DNA of 64,000 bases from Lachnospiraceae bacterium (GTDB lineage: Bacteria > Bacillota > Clostridia > Lachnospirales > Lachnospiraceae): positions 19,209-83,208 of the forward strand of contig JAFRRD010000027.1 in assembly GCA_017428265.1 (NCBI GenBank), given 5' to 3'. Positions 1 through 7,809 of this stretch are shown in pieces. Numbering within the stretch: position 1 is the stretch's first letter; each line of letters opens with the position of its first letter. The notes beneath the pieces are model-generated. The model was not told the DNA's origin, searched no databases, and saw nothing but the letters and a program-made list of their open reading frames with translations. Position numbers and translations under genes: made by a program.

Positions 1-453
1 CTCCGTCTCGAAAACGCAGGTAAGATCCAGGCTAAGCAGCGCTTTGGACGGCCGCACGCCGAAAGCCTGCGTCATCTCCTCCGTTACCGGGATCTCCGAA
101 AGTTCGAAGGTCGGAAAGTCCATTTCATAGCGCGTACCCTTCCGGACGACACGCAGTTCTCCGCTGCGGCTGTAAAAGAGCACGGCGTCCGCGCCGGGTT
201 CCACATAATTCAGAATAACGAAGGACGAGGCCAGCGTCGCGTGGCCGCAGAGAACCTCTTCATTTTCCGGGGTGAACCAGCGCAGGCGCCAGCCTTCCCC
301 TTCCCTTACCAGAAATGCGGTCTCGGAGAGGCCGTTTTTCTTTGCGAGCGCCTGCATAAACGCGTCGTCCGGCCAGGCCGCCATCACGCAGACGGCAGCC
401 GGATTGCCGGCCCCCGCCTCAGGTGTAAATGCATCAACGATATATTGCTTCAT
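1..453 (-). CDS. PhzF-family isomerase-like protein, N-terminal part (gene runs off the left edge)
   Basis: Own minus-strand translation from ATG at 453-451: MKQYIVDAFTPEAGAGNPAAVCVM...LSETAFLV...LCGHATLAS..., open to position 1. The SETAF and CGHAT motifs fit PhzF/YddE. Absent from the ORF track because it is truncated. Confidence 0.75.
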   Translation of the reverse strand, partial: MKQYIVDAFTPEAGAGNPAAVCVMAAWPDDAFMQALAKKNGLSETAFLVREGEGWRLRWFTPENEEVLCGHATLASSFVILNYVEPGADAVLFYSRSGELRVVRKGTRYEMDFPTFELSEIPVTEEMTQAFGVRPSKALLSLDLTCVFETE

Positions 454-474
454 CTTTCACTCCGGTCTTTCTTA

Positions 475-1239
475 TCAATGACGTAGTTTTTTGACCCACT
501 CGGGGGCCTGTTCCACGCTTTCCTCCGTGCCATAGAGATACACGACGTTTTTCGCCCCCGGGATGCCGGTCCCGTCTTCATCGAACATCAGCAGCCAGTC
601 GCCGTCAAGTCCTTCCACCGTGCAGTAATAGTACCACTGACGGGGATGGTGGGCGCTGTACGCCACTACTTTGCCGATTCCGGCCGCTGCGCTGATTCCC
701 AGCCCTTTCAGAAGATCGTCAAAAGCCCTCGCATTCATCTTTTTGTAAGGAACATAGTACGTTCCCCCGAGGGTAAGCGGGTCTTTTGCGTCGTGCAGTC
801 CCAGCGACTCCAGTTTCTGCAGGTCATACGAAGGCGGGTATTCCTTCTTCTTCAGAAAACATGCCAGAACCAGAAGCACGGCCAGAAGCAGCATGACTGC
901 TGTCACAGTCAGTGTTCTTTTCCTCCCACTGTTATCACTTTGAGCGTCTTTCTTCAGAAGATAAATGATATCCATGACCAGCCAGCCGGCCGTATAACCG
1001 ATGGCGGCGAAGCCGATAAAAAGCGCAAGCAGCTCGATACCGTAGCTGCGTATGTTTTGCCCTGCGAACTCGCAGGCCAGGCAGAGAACGACCGCAGCAA
1101 GTGCCGGCCACAGGCGGCATTTTCTGTCCTTACGGTGCAGAAGCAGCGCAATAAGAGCCCCGGCAGCGACGAGGATCCAGCTGCTGAAATCACTCTGCAG
1201 CAGATTCCGAAGTAACATCAGCTTATTCGGCCATCGCAT
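475..1239 (-). CDS. membrane protein, unknown function
   Basis: 254-aa ORF with several hydrophobic helices followed by a soluble C-terminal domain. No family recognised. Confidence 0.55.
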   Translation of the reverse strand: MRWPNKLMLLRNLLQSDFSSWILVAAGALIALLLHRKDRKCRLWPALAAVVLCLACEFAGQNIRSYGIELLALFIGFAAIGYTAGWLVMDIIYLLKKDAQSDNSGRKRTLTVTAVMLLLAVLLVLACFLKKKEYPPSYDLQKLESLGLHDAKDPLTLGGTYYVPYKKMNARAFDDLLKGLGISAAAGIGKVVAYSAHHPRQWYYYCTVEGLDGDWLLMFDEDGTGIPGAKNVVYLYGTEESVEQAPEWVKKLRH

Positions 1240-1284
1240 AACGCACCTCCTGTTTTTCCGGACTGAAATATCTCTTATGTTTCA

Positions 1285-1293
1285 AGCATAGCA
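1285..1293 (-). promoter_or_regulatory. extended -10 promoter element (TGnTATGCT)
   Basis: Minus strand reads TGTGCTATGCT about 46 nt upstream of the ATG at 1239. It belongs to a recurring TGTGCTAT motif in this window. Confidence 0.3.
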
Positions 1294-1333
1294 CAACAGC
1301 CCGAAAAATGCTATTGACGCTGCGTCAAGGCAC

Positions 1334-1371
1334 AAAAAACGCCCCGTACCGCAGGATCTGCAGTACGGGAC
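1334..1371 (-). terminator. rho-independent terminator after the reductase gene
   Basis: Minus strand has a 12-bp stem (one mismatch) with a 3-nt loop, followed by TTTTTTG. It lies about 20 nt after the stop at 1390. Confidence 0.6.
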
Positions 1372-1389
1372 GCTGTCGTCAGATAGGTT

Positions 1390-3444
1390 TTACAGTTTCA
1401 TCGCGACGTCCCAGGCGCCCCAGATGGCGCTGCGAAGGTTGCCGACCTTCTTGCAGTCGCCGATGAGGTGGACGTTCTTGCCTTCCGCCACTAACGGAGC
1501 CGGACGGTAGCCGACCGAGAAGATGACGGAATCCGCCGGGACCTTGGTCAGTCTCTTGTCCTTGCCTTCGACCAGGACGTAGTCCGGGCCGATCTCTTTC
1601 GTCTTGGCTTCCAGGAAGACCGGAATGTTGTTGGTCTTGAAGCAGTCACGCAGGTAGCTGGAGTTCGCCAGGCAGAGGTTCGGCACCGCCATCAGGTCGT
1701 TCATCATTTCCACGATGGCCGGGTGTTTGCCCTTGCGGAACAGGTCGAGCGTGATCTCGCAGCCGGTCAGGCCGCCGCCGATGATGACGACGTTGTCGCC
1801 GACTTCCTTTTCGCCGAGCAGGTACTCGGTTGCGTCCATGGCGCGCTCCGCACCCGGGATCGGGATCTTCTTCGGCGTGGTGCCGGTGGCGATGATGATC
1901 TCGTCAGCCAGCAGGGAGTTCAGGTCCTTCACCTCGGTATTCAGCTTCACCGGGATGTCCAGTTCCTTCATCTGCAGCTTGAACCATTCGATCAGCTTCT
2001 TGTCATTTTCCTTGAAGGACGGGGCCGCGGCCGCGATGAAAATGCCGCCGAGCTCGCCGCTCTTCTCGTAAATGGTCGGATAGTGGCCGCGCAGTTTCAG
2101 CACGCGGGCCGCTTCCATGCCGCCGATACCGCCGCCGATGATGGCAATGCGCTTCGGATGCTTGGTCGGAACGATCTTGTACTTGCCCGACTGCATGGAA
2201 GGCGGGTTGATCGCGCAGCGGCACATGCCGAGCGTGTCGGAGAAATCCTGATCGTTGCCGGTGCCGTTGTGCTTCGACAGGTTGAAGCAGGCAGCGTGGC
2301 AGCCGATGCACGGACGGATCTCTTCTTCCTTGTCCGCCATGAGCTTGGTGACCCATTCGGGGTCGGCCAGGAACTGACGGCCCACCGCCATGGCGTCGAT
2401 GCCGCCGCGGGCGATCGCTGCGGCGCCGTCCTTCGGCTGCATGCGGCCGGCGCAGACCACCGGGATATCCACGAATTTCTTGATGTGCTCAACGTCCTCA
2501 AGGTTGCAGTTGAGCGGCATGTACTGCGGCGGGTGCGACCAGTACCAGGCATCGTAGGTGCCGTTGTCGCAGTTCAGCATGTCGTAGCCGGCATCCTGCA
2601 GGTACTTCGCGGCCTTCTCGCTCTCTTCCATGTCGCGGCCGATCTCGATGTAGTCCTCACCGGGCATCGCGCCTTCGCGGAAGGCCTTGGTCTTGGAAAT
2701 GACGGAGTAACGCAGCGATACCGGGAAGTCCTTGCCGCAGCGCTTCTTGATCTCCTGTACGATCTCCACGGCGAAGCGGTAGCGGTTCTCGAAGGATCCG
2801 CCGTACTCGTCCTTGCGCTGGTTAGTGTATTTCAGGGTAAACTGGTCAAGCAGGTAGCCTTCGTGCACCGCATGCACTTCCACGCCGTCCACGCCGGCTT
2901 CCTTGCACAGGCGCGCGGTCTCGCCGAAGGCGTAGACCATCTGGGCGATCTCTTTCTTCGTCACTTCGCGGCAGGTGACCTTGTCGTGCCAGCGGTTCGG
3001 GAGCACGCTCGGGGCAGCCGTCAGGTATTCGACGTCGATCACGGGGCTCGCGATGCGGCCGAGGACCTTGTTGGTGGCGAGCATCGCCAGGGCATCCGAC
3101 AGGGCCATGGAGCGGCCGAAGCCGGCCGTCATCTGGATGAACATCTTGGCGCCGGTCTTATGCAGCTCGTCCATGAACTCTTTGAGCTTTTTGAATTTCG
3201 CCTTGTTCTGGTACAGCCACATGCGGCCGAGCACGTCGCGGATCGGAGCGATGCCGGGGATGACCAGACCGCAATTGTTGTCGGCGACGTTCTTCAGGAG
3301 CTTTGCCGCCTCCTTGTCAAAGTGGTTGGGTTCCATCCAACCGAAAATGCAGGTGCCGCCCATGGGTGCCAGCACGATCCTGTTCTTGATTTCCAGGTTG
3401 CCGACTTTCCAGGGGGTGAATAATGCTTGGTATTCCTGCTTCAT
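1390..3444 (-). CDS. NADH:flavin oxidoreductase of the 2-enoate reductase / 2,4-dienoyl-CoA reductase / BaiH type (OYE barrel + 4Fe-4S + FAD/NAD(P) domain)
   Basis: 684-aa ORF. It has an N-terminal OYE-like region (NRIVLAPMGG), a CIGCHAACF cysteine motif, and two Rossmann motifs (IIGGGIGG, IIGGGLTG). Confidence 0.85.
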   Translation of the reverse strand: MKQEYQALFTPWKVGNLEIKNRIVLAPMGGTCIFGWMEPNHFDKEAAKLLKNVADNNCGLVIPGIAPIRDVLGRMWLYQNKAKFKKLKEFMDELHKTGAKMFIQMTAGFGRSMALSDALAMLATNKVLGRIASPVIDVEYLTAAPSVLPNRWHDKVTCREVTKKEIAQMVYAFGETARLCKEAGVDGVEVHAVHEGYLLDQFTLKYTNQRKDEYGGSFENRYRFAVEIVQEIKKRCGKDFPVSLRYSVISKTKAFREGAMPGEDYIEIGRDMEESEKAAKYLQDAGYDMLNCDNGTYDAWYWSHPPQYMPLNCNLEDVEHIKKFVDIPVVCAGRMQPKDGAAAIARGGIDAMAVGRQFLADPEWVTKLMADKEEEIRPCIGCHAACFNLSKHNGTGNDQDFSDTLGMCRCAINPPSMQSGKYKIVPTKHPKRIAIIGGGIGGMEAARVLKLRGHYPTIYEKSGELGGIFIAAAAPSFKENDKKLIEWFKLQMKELDIPVKLNTEVKDLNSLLADEIIIATGTTPKKIPIPGAERAMDATEYLLGEKEVGDNVVIIGGGLTGCEITLDLFRKGKHPAIVEMMNDLMAVPNLCLANSSYLRDCFKTNNIPVFLEAKTKEIGPDYVLVEGKDKRLTKVPADSVIFSVGYRPAPLVAEGKNVHLIGDCKKVGNLRSAIWGAWDVAMKL

Positions 3445-3656
3445 ATTACCTCCTTTTTAACATCCGCAGGTGCCTCCTGCGTCTGAATGAGTACTACATT
3501 GTTTTCGAGGTCGACGGATGCGACGCTCCCGGGAATGCGCTTCGAGGCGCCGAACAGATCGCGGACGGTCACATAGCCGGCTTCCTGCCGGATCTGCGCC
3601 GCGAGTTCCATGATCAGTTCACGGTCCGAGGCGCGGTAGACGTTCGAAAGGCACAT
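3441..3656 (-). CDS. cooT: CooT-family nickel-binding protein
   Basis: 71 aa starting MC (Cys2), with DLFG and VDLENNVVLI segments resembling CooT. The start is 1 nt after the His-rich gene stop, and the stop overlaps the reductase ATG (ATGA). Confidence 0.7.
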   Translation of the reverse strand: MCLSNVYRASDRELIMELAAQIRQEAGYVTVRDLFGASKRIPGSVASVDLENNVVLIQTQEAPADVKKEVI

Positions 3657-3657
3657 C

Positions 3658-4113
3658 TTATGCCTCCTCCTGCGGGGCTGCGGCTTCTTCCTTCGGGGCC
3701 GCCAGTTCGGCCGCTTCCATCAGGGCGAGATCCGCTTCCACCATGCGGGCGCAGGCGGATTTGACCTTCTTCGCGGTCGCCGCGTCGCCGGCATCGGCAA
3801 AGCGTTTGGCGAGCGCCGCCAGATCCTCTTCGTGGTGTTTATTGTGCTCCAGCATGTGGGCAAGGAGGATCCGAGCCTTTTCGAGTTCGCCCAGAGTTGC
3901 GGCATCCCTCACCGGCTCATCGTGGTGATGATGGTGCTCGTGATCATGGCAGCAGTGGTCGTGGTCATGATGATGCTCATGGTCATGGTCGTGGCAGCAG
4001 CCCTCATGCTCATGATCATGCTCATGATCGTGGCAGCAGTCTTCGTGATCATGCTCATGTTCGTGGCAGCAGCAATGCTCCCCGTGATGGTCGTGGTGAT
4101 AATAGAACCTCAT
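3658..4113 (-). CDS. His/Cys-rich metal-binding protein (CooJ/HypB-tail-like role inferred)
   Basis: 151 aa. By hand count the first 65 residues contain about 29 His and 9 Cys (CCC, CC, CC, CC blocks separated by HxH/HD runs). The C-terminal half is a helical Ala/Glu/Leu-rich domain. Confidence 0.6.
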   Translation of the reverse strand: MRFYYHHDHHGEHCCCHEHEHDHEDCCHDHEHDHEHEGCCHDHDHEHHHDHDHCCHDHEHHHHHDEPVRDAATLGELEKARILLAHMLEHNKHHEEDLAALAKRFADAGDAATAKKVKSACARMVEADLALMEAAELAAPKEEAAAPQEEA

Positions 4114-4128
4114 GTCTTTCCTTTCTCT

Positions 4129-4198
4129 GTCATCCTGAGCGCAGCGAAGGATCTTCTCGAGAGGATCCTTCGTCGGACTGCGCCCTCCTCAGGATGAC
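4129..4198. repeat. palindromic MITE/REP-like element, copy 1
   Basis: GTCATCCTGAGCGCAGCGAAGGATC...CCTCAGGATGAC terminal inverted repeats. Related copies lie at 9048-9122 and 15884-15962. Confidence 0.8.
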
Positions 4199-4207
4199 AC
4201 GCCTGTG

Positions 4208-4900
4208 TCATTTCTTCCTTCCGAGGTGCATTTCCTTCATGCCCTCGACCTCGTCGCAGACCGGCTTCAGCGTGCAGTGGCTGCAGTCCGTGGGCAGACC
4301 GTCCAGGATGTGCGAGAGGGTCTTCGTGATGTCTTCGACCTTCTTCGCGTTCGGCTGCAGGGTCTTCACAACTGCTTCGTCGGTAATGAAAACGATCTGC
4401 GCGGCCTTAACGCCCTTCACCGCCCTGTACTTTTCGAGGTAGGCGGCGCCGACCGCGGCAAAGTTTATCCCGCGTTTTGCGGCGTCTTTGCTTACCCGGA
4501 CCTGCTCTTCGTAGCTCGTCGAGGAAACGCGGACCATGTAGCCCGTCGGAAACACGTGATAGCGCACGTACTCCATCGAGCGGATCATGTCGTGGCCTTC
4601 GTCATCCTCCGAGATCTCCTCCGTCTGCAGCACGACGATGCGGGCAAAGGCCGTATCCTTCTTCAGTTCCGGAAGATCCCGGCCCAGCAGGAATACCCCT
4701 TCGCCGCCCGGAAGCGCCGACGTGGTCACGCAGGTATAGTTGACGGACGGGCAGCCGGAGCCGCCCAGTTCAAAGGCGGCGTCCCGCTGCATCACAAGCT
4801 CGCTCCGGCCGAGATCCGGCCAGGCGGGCCTTTCCGGCAGGCGCTTCGCGCCGCCTGCCGCGTCCCTTGTCGCATTGATTATCGCGTCGTATAGCTTCAT
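4208..4900 (-). CDS. stand-alone acetyl-CoA synthase (AcsB/CdhC) middle-domain-like protein
   Basis: 230 aa. VRVSKDAAKRGINFAAVG, QIVFITDEAVVKTL and the C-terminal DCSHCTLKPVC resemble Moorella AcsB segments LRVSKDAVAKGFRFKNYG, VTIFTDEAKVKEY and SCVLCQSFAPNHVC. The AcsB segments are recalled from memory. Confidence 0.6.
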   Translation of the reverse strand: MKLYDAIINATRDAAGGAKRLPERPAWPDLGRSELVMQRDAAFELGGSGCPSVNYTCVTTSALPGGEGVFLLGRDLPELKKDTAFARIVVLQTEEISEDDEGHDMIRSMEYVRYHVFPTGYMVRVSSTSYEEQVRVSKDAAKRGINFAAVGAAYLEKYRAVKGVKAAQIVFITDEAVVKTLQPNAKKVEDITKTLSHILDGLPTDCSHCTLKPVCDEVEGMKEMHLGRKK

Positions 4901-4905
4901 TGCCG

Positions 4906-5073
4906 CTAGAACCGGATGTCTGTCTTCTTCCGGTCAAAGATGGTATTGACTCTGCGGTAGGCCCATTCCATGAGCTTCTGATCGAGATTCCAGAAATAGA
5001 CCACGAAAAGCACGATGCACAGGGCCAGCAGGATCCCCAGGACCACCTTCAGTACTTTGAAAAATTCTTTCAT
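4906..5073 (-). CDS. 55-aa single-pass membrane peptide (paralogue of 13109-13330)
   Basis: Own translation, below the ORF-track length cutoff: MKEFFKVLKVVLGILLALCIVLFVVYFWNLDQKLMEWAYRRVNTIFDRKKTDIRF. It lies 18 nt after the activator stop and 5 nt before the next ATG. Confidence 0.5.
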   Translation of the reverse strand: MKEFFKVLKVVLGILLALCIVLFVVYFWNLDQKLMEWAYRRVNTIFDRKKTDIRF

Positions 5074-5091
5074 GCGCTTTTCCTTTCACGG

Positions 5092-5892
5092 TCAGGCGGT
5101 CTTTTTCGCCATCCCTTTCTGACGGGCATATTCCGCTGCGCCGAGCGCACCCATCAGCTGCGGGTCGGTATCCAGGTCGACGACCTTCAGCTTCAGCACG
5201 TGCTCGATGGCTGCCTTCAGGCCGTCGTTCTTCGCGCAGCCGCCGGTCAGGGTAATGGAATCGGTCGCGCCGGCTTTCTTGCTCATGACAAAGCACCTCT
5301 TCGCGACAGCCATCTGGATGCCGGCCGCGATCTCGTTCATGGGCTTGCCTTCGCCGACCAGGGTGATAACTTCGGATTCCGCAAACACCGTGCACTGCGC
5401 GGTGATCGGGATCACGTTCTTCGCGGACAGGGACAGCTTCGAGAATTCAGGCAGGCTCATTTCAAACGAGCGCGCCATGGCTTCGTAGAAACGGCCGGTA
5501 CCGGCAGCGCATTTGTCGTTCATGGCGAAGTTCTTCACGGTGCCGTCGGCATCGATGGAAATGCCCTTGATGTCCTGGCCGCCGATATCGATGATGGCCT
5601 TGACGCTCGGGTTCGTAACGTGCACGCCCATGGCATGGCAGGAGATCTCGGAGATGTTCTCATCCGCGAACGGGACCTTGTTGCGCCCGTAACCGGTACC
5701 GATGAGGTATTCGAGGTCTTCGGACTTGTCCAGTCCGACCTGTTTCAGGACCTCGGCCATCGCGAGCTTCGCGGATTCTTCCGCGTTGATCTTGCTCTTC
5801 ATCGTGGTATCCGCCACGATTTTGCCGTTCTCGTCCACGATCACTGCCTTGGTGTAAGTCGACCCAACGTCGCAGCCGCCGAAATATTTCAT
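5092..5892 (-). CDS. HgdC/BcrAD-BadFG-type ATP-dependent activator (archerase) of HAD/BCR-family enzymes
   Basis: 266 aa. It has GCDVGSTYTKAV and IDIGGQD ASKHA-fold motifs, plus the two cluster cysteines in DKCAAGTG and AQCTVFAES. Confidence 0.9.
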   Translation of the reverse strand: MKYFGGCDVGSTYTKAVIVDENGKIVADTTMKSKINAEESAKLAMAEVLKQVGLDKSEDLEYLIGTGYGRNKVPFADENISEISCHAMGVHVTNPSVKAIIDIGGQDIKGISIDADGTVKNFAMNDKCAAGTGRFYEAMARSFEMSLPEFSKLSLSAKNVIPITAQCTVFAESEVITLVGEGKPMNEIAAGIQMAVAKRCFVMSKKAGATDSITLTGGCAKNDGLKAAIEHVLKLKVVDLDTDPQLMGALGAAEYARQKGMAKKTA

Positions 5893-6021
5893 GATATATG
5901 TTCTCCTTTATGTGATTCATTAATGAAGTGTTATGACCGCGCTCTCTGCCTTCTCCTTCGCCGGGCCGTGCCCGCCTGCACAAGGCACGCCCTCCGGGTG
6001 TCGGGATGACAGGGAAGATCT

Positions 6022-7806
6022 TTACCAGCTGGCGTCGTCCTCGAAGTCCACGAGCGACGGATCGATGGGCTCTTCGCGCATGACCGTGCGCATGTATTCG
6101 TTGACCTTCGCGCGCATGTCCTTGCGGGAAACGGTGCGCGGATCCATCAGGTCGTGTTCGATCCAGATGAGGCGCACGCCGTGTTCTCTCGCCTGATCGT
6201 CAAAGAGGCCGTTCAGCGTGGACATGTTCTTGCAGGAAACGTGCTGGTACATGATGACGATGTCCGGCTTCCAGATCTCGACCTGGCGCCAGAGTTCGGT
6301 CAGCACGTGGTCGTAGCCGCCGTTCGTGTGACGGCGCATGACCATGCGCTCGTAAAGTCTCGCCATGTCCTTCAGGGCTTCTTCGGGATCTTCGGTCTCC
6401 AGCGGCTTCGTGAAGTTCAGGTTCTCCATTTCCACGAGCACGTTGATGCCCCAGCAGTTCGCCAGCCAGTTGGAGAAGTTGGCGTAGTAGTGCGCCGGCA
6501 CGCTCCAGACGATCGCGCGGTGGCGCATCTTGCCGCGCCACGGCTCTTCCTTCTTCGCGTAGGCCTTCATCATGATCTTGTCGACCTTCTTGAAGGTGTT
6601 CAGGATGCGCGGATCAAGGCCGCCGTCCATCTCGTAGTTCCATTTGCGGAACAGTTCGTAGCACGGACCGATCAGCTGTGGGTACGGCGTCTGGTTGACT
6701 TCCCATTTCTGCAGTTCGTACTGCGTTTCCTTGTTGAAACGCTTCATGGCGGCGAAATAGGCGTCCCAGCTCCATTTCGCGCCGGTCTGCTCTTCGATGA
6801 ACCTGATGCAGCCCTTGATGTCGGCCACGGCCGCCTGCATGGAGGATTCGTCCTCGTAGCGGACCGGGAAGCAGAGGTGGTAGGTCGGCAGATCCTTGAA
6901 GCGCCGGCTCGTGTAGGACGAGGCCATAACGGATCCGTCGCAGGGCATCGAGCTGGAAATGAAGCAGGCGCCCATGTGCGGCAAGGCGTCGATGACGCAG
7001 GCGCCGCATTCGGAGGTCGGGACCGGGCAGGTGTCGGACGGCAGACCGTAGCTCTCGACGGCGTCGATGTACGGCATGCAGGCGAGCTGGTCGATCTCGG
7101 AAAGCAGGAACACCGGCATCAGCTGGTACGGGATGCCCACCAGATCCGGGAAGCCGGCCATGATCTGCGCCATAGTCATTTCGTCAAGCAGCACGATCTT
7201 CTTGGAAAGGTCGGTCGAGTTGCCGTTCTTTTCGTCGCTCTTCATCAGGAGCACCAGGTTCTCCGCCACGTAGCGGAAGATCGCGAAGATCAGTTCGTGG
7301 TGCATCTTGAGCGCGTTGCCGCGCAGGCCGAGCGTATTCTTGTCCATGAAGGAATGGCAGCAGAAATAGGAGATCATCCAGCGGTAGTGGACCGCGCCGT
7401 TCAGGGCCGGAATGAGGTCCTTGGAGAAAGTGGAAAGCAGCATTCCCCACATGTGCAGCCATTCGTAGTAGTCGTAGGCCGTGTCCTTGAGGCCGCGCCA
7501 TTCGCGGCGGACCGTGGCCATCTTGCCGTTCCGGTAAAGCTTGCCGAGCTGCTTCTCGCCGTTGATGAGCCAGTCGAGGCGTTCCTCGTTCGTCATCTTC
7601 GCGAACAGGCCGGCTTCCATCTTGGCGCGTTTGCCGAAGGCCTTCCATTCATTGCCCACGGCCTTGGCGACGCCTTTCCAGTCGGTCTCCTTCAGCATGC
7701 CGCCGACGATGCCGCCGACTTCCTTAAGGTTCGCCAGCTGAGCCTTCCAGTCAATATGGTCCTTCATGCGGAAGAATTTCGGATCGGGATATTTGATCTT
7801 AGCCAT
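6022..7806 (-). CDS. 2-hydroxyacyl-CoA dehydratase / benzoyl-CoA reductase family subunit, long form (594 aa)
   Basis: HGD-D-like C-terminal 400 aa with Cys-rich segments (DTCPVPTSECGAC, MPCDGS) and an N-terminal extension of about 200 aa. Paralogue of 11329-13083. Confidence 0.75.
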   Translation of the reverse strand: MAKIKYPDPKFFRMKDHIDWKAQLANLKEVGGIVGGMLKETDWKGVAKAVGNEWKAFGKRAKMEAGLFAKMTNEERLDWLINGEKQLGKLYRNGKMATVRREWRGLKDTAYDYYEWLHMWGMLLSTFSKDLIPALNGAVHYRWMISYFCCHSFMDKNTLGLRGNALKMHHELIFAIFRYVAENLVLLMKSDEKNGNSTDLSKKIVLLDEMTMAQIMAGFPDLVGIPYQLMPVFLLSEIDQLACMPYIDAVESYGLPSDTCPVPTSECGACVIDALPHMGACFISSSMPCDGSVMASSYTSRRFKDLPTYHLCFPVRYEDESSMQAAVADIKGCIRFIEEQTGAKWSWDAYFAAMKRFNKETQYELQKWEVNQTPYPQLIGPCYELFRKWNYEMDGGLDPRILNTFKKVDKIMMKAYAKKEEPWRGKMRHRAIVWSVPAHYYANFSNWLANCWGINVLVEMENLNFTKPLETEDPEEALKDMARLYERMVMRRHTNGGYDHVLTELWRQVEIWKPDIVIMYQHVSCKNMSTLNGLFDDQAREHGVRLIWIEHDLMDPRTVSRKDMRAKVNEYMRTVMREEPIDPSLVDFEDDASW

Positions 7807-7809
7807 TGT

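Noticed and set aside
3658-4113. The His/Cys-rich ORF might have been a non-coding low-complexity artefact.
   Set aside because: It has a normal helical C-terminal domain and no competing ORF with better features. It is spaced 1 nt from cooT in an operon, so I kept it as a CDS.
5985-6021. Possible fourth, degenerate half-copy of the GTCATCCTGAG element (GGGATGACAGGGAAGATC) between the long HAD-like gene and the activator.
   Set aside because: Only about 10-12 nt resemble one terminus and no partner arm is present. This is too weak to call.
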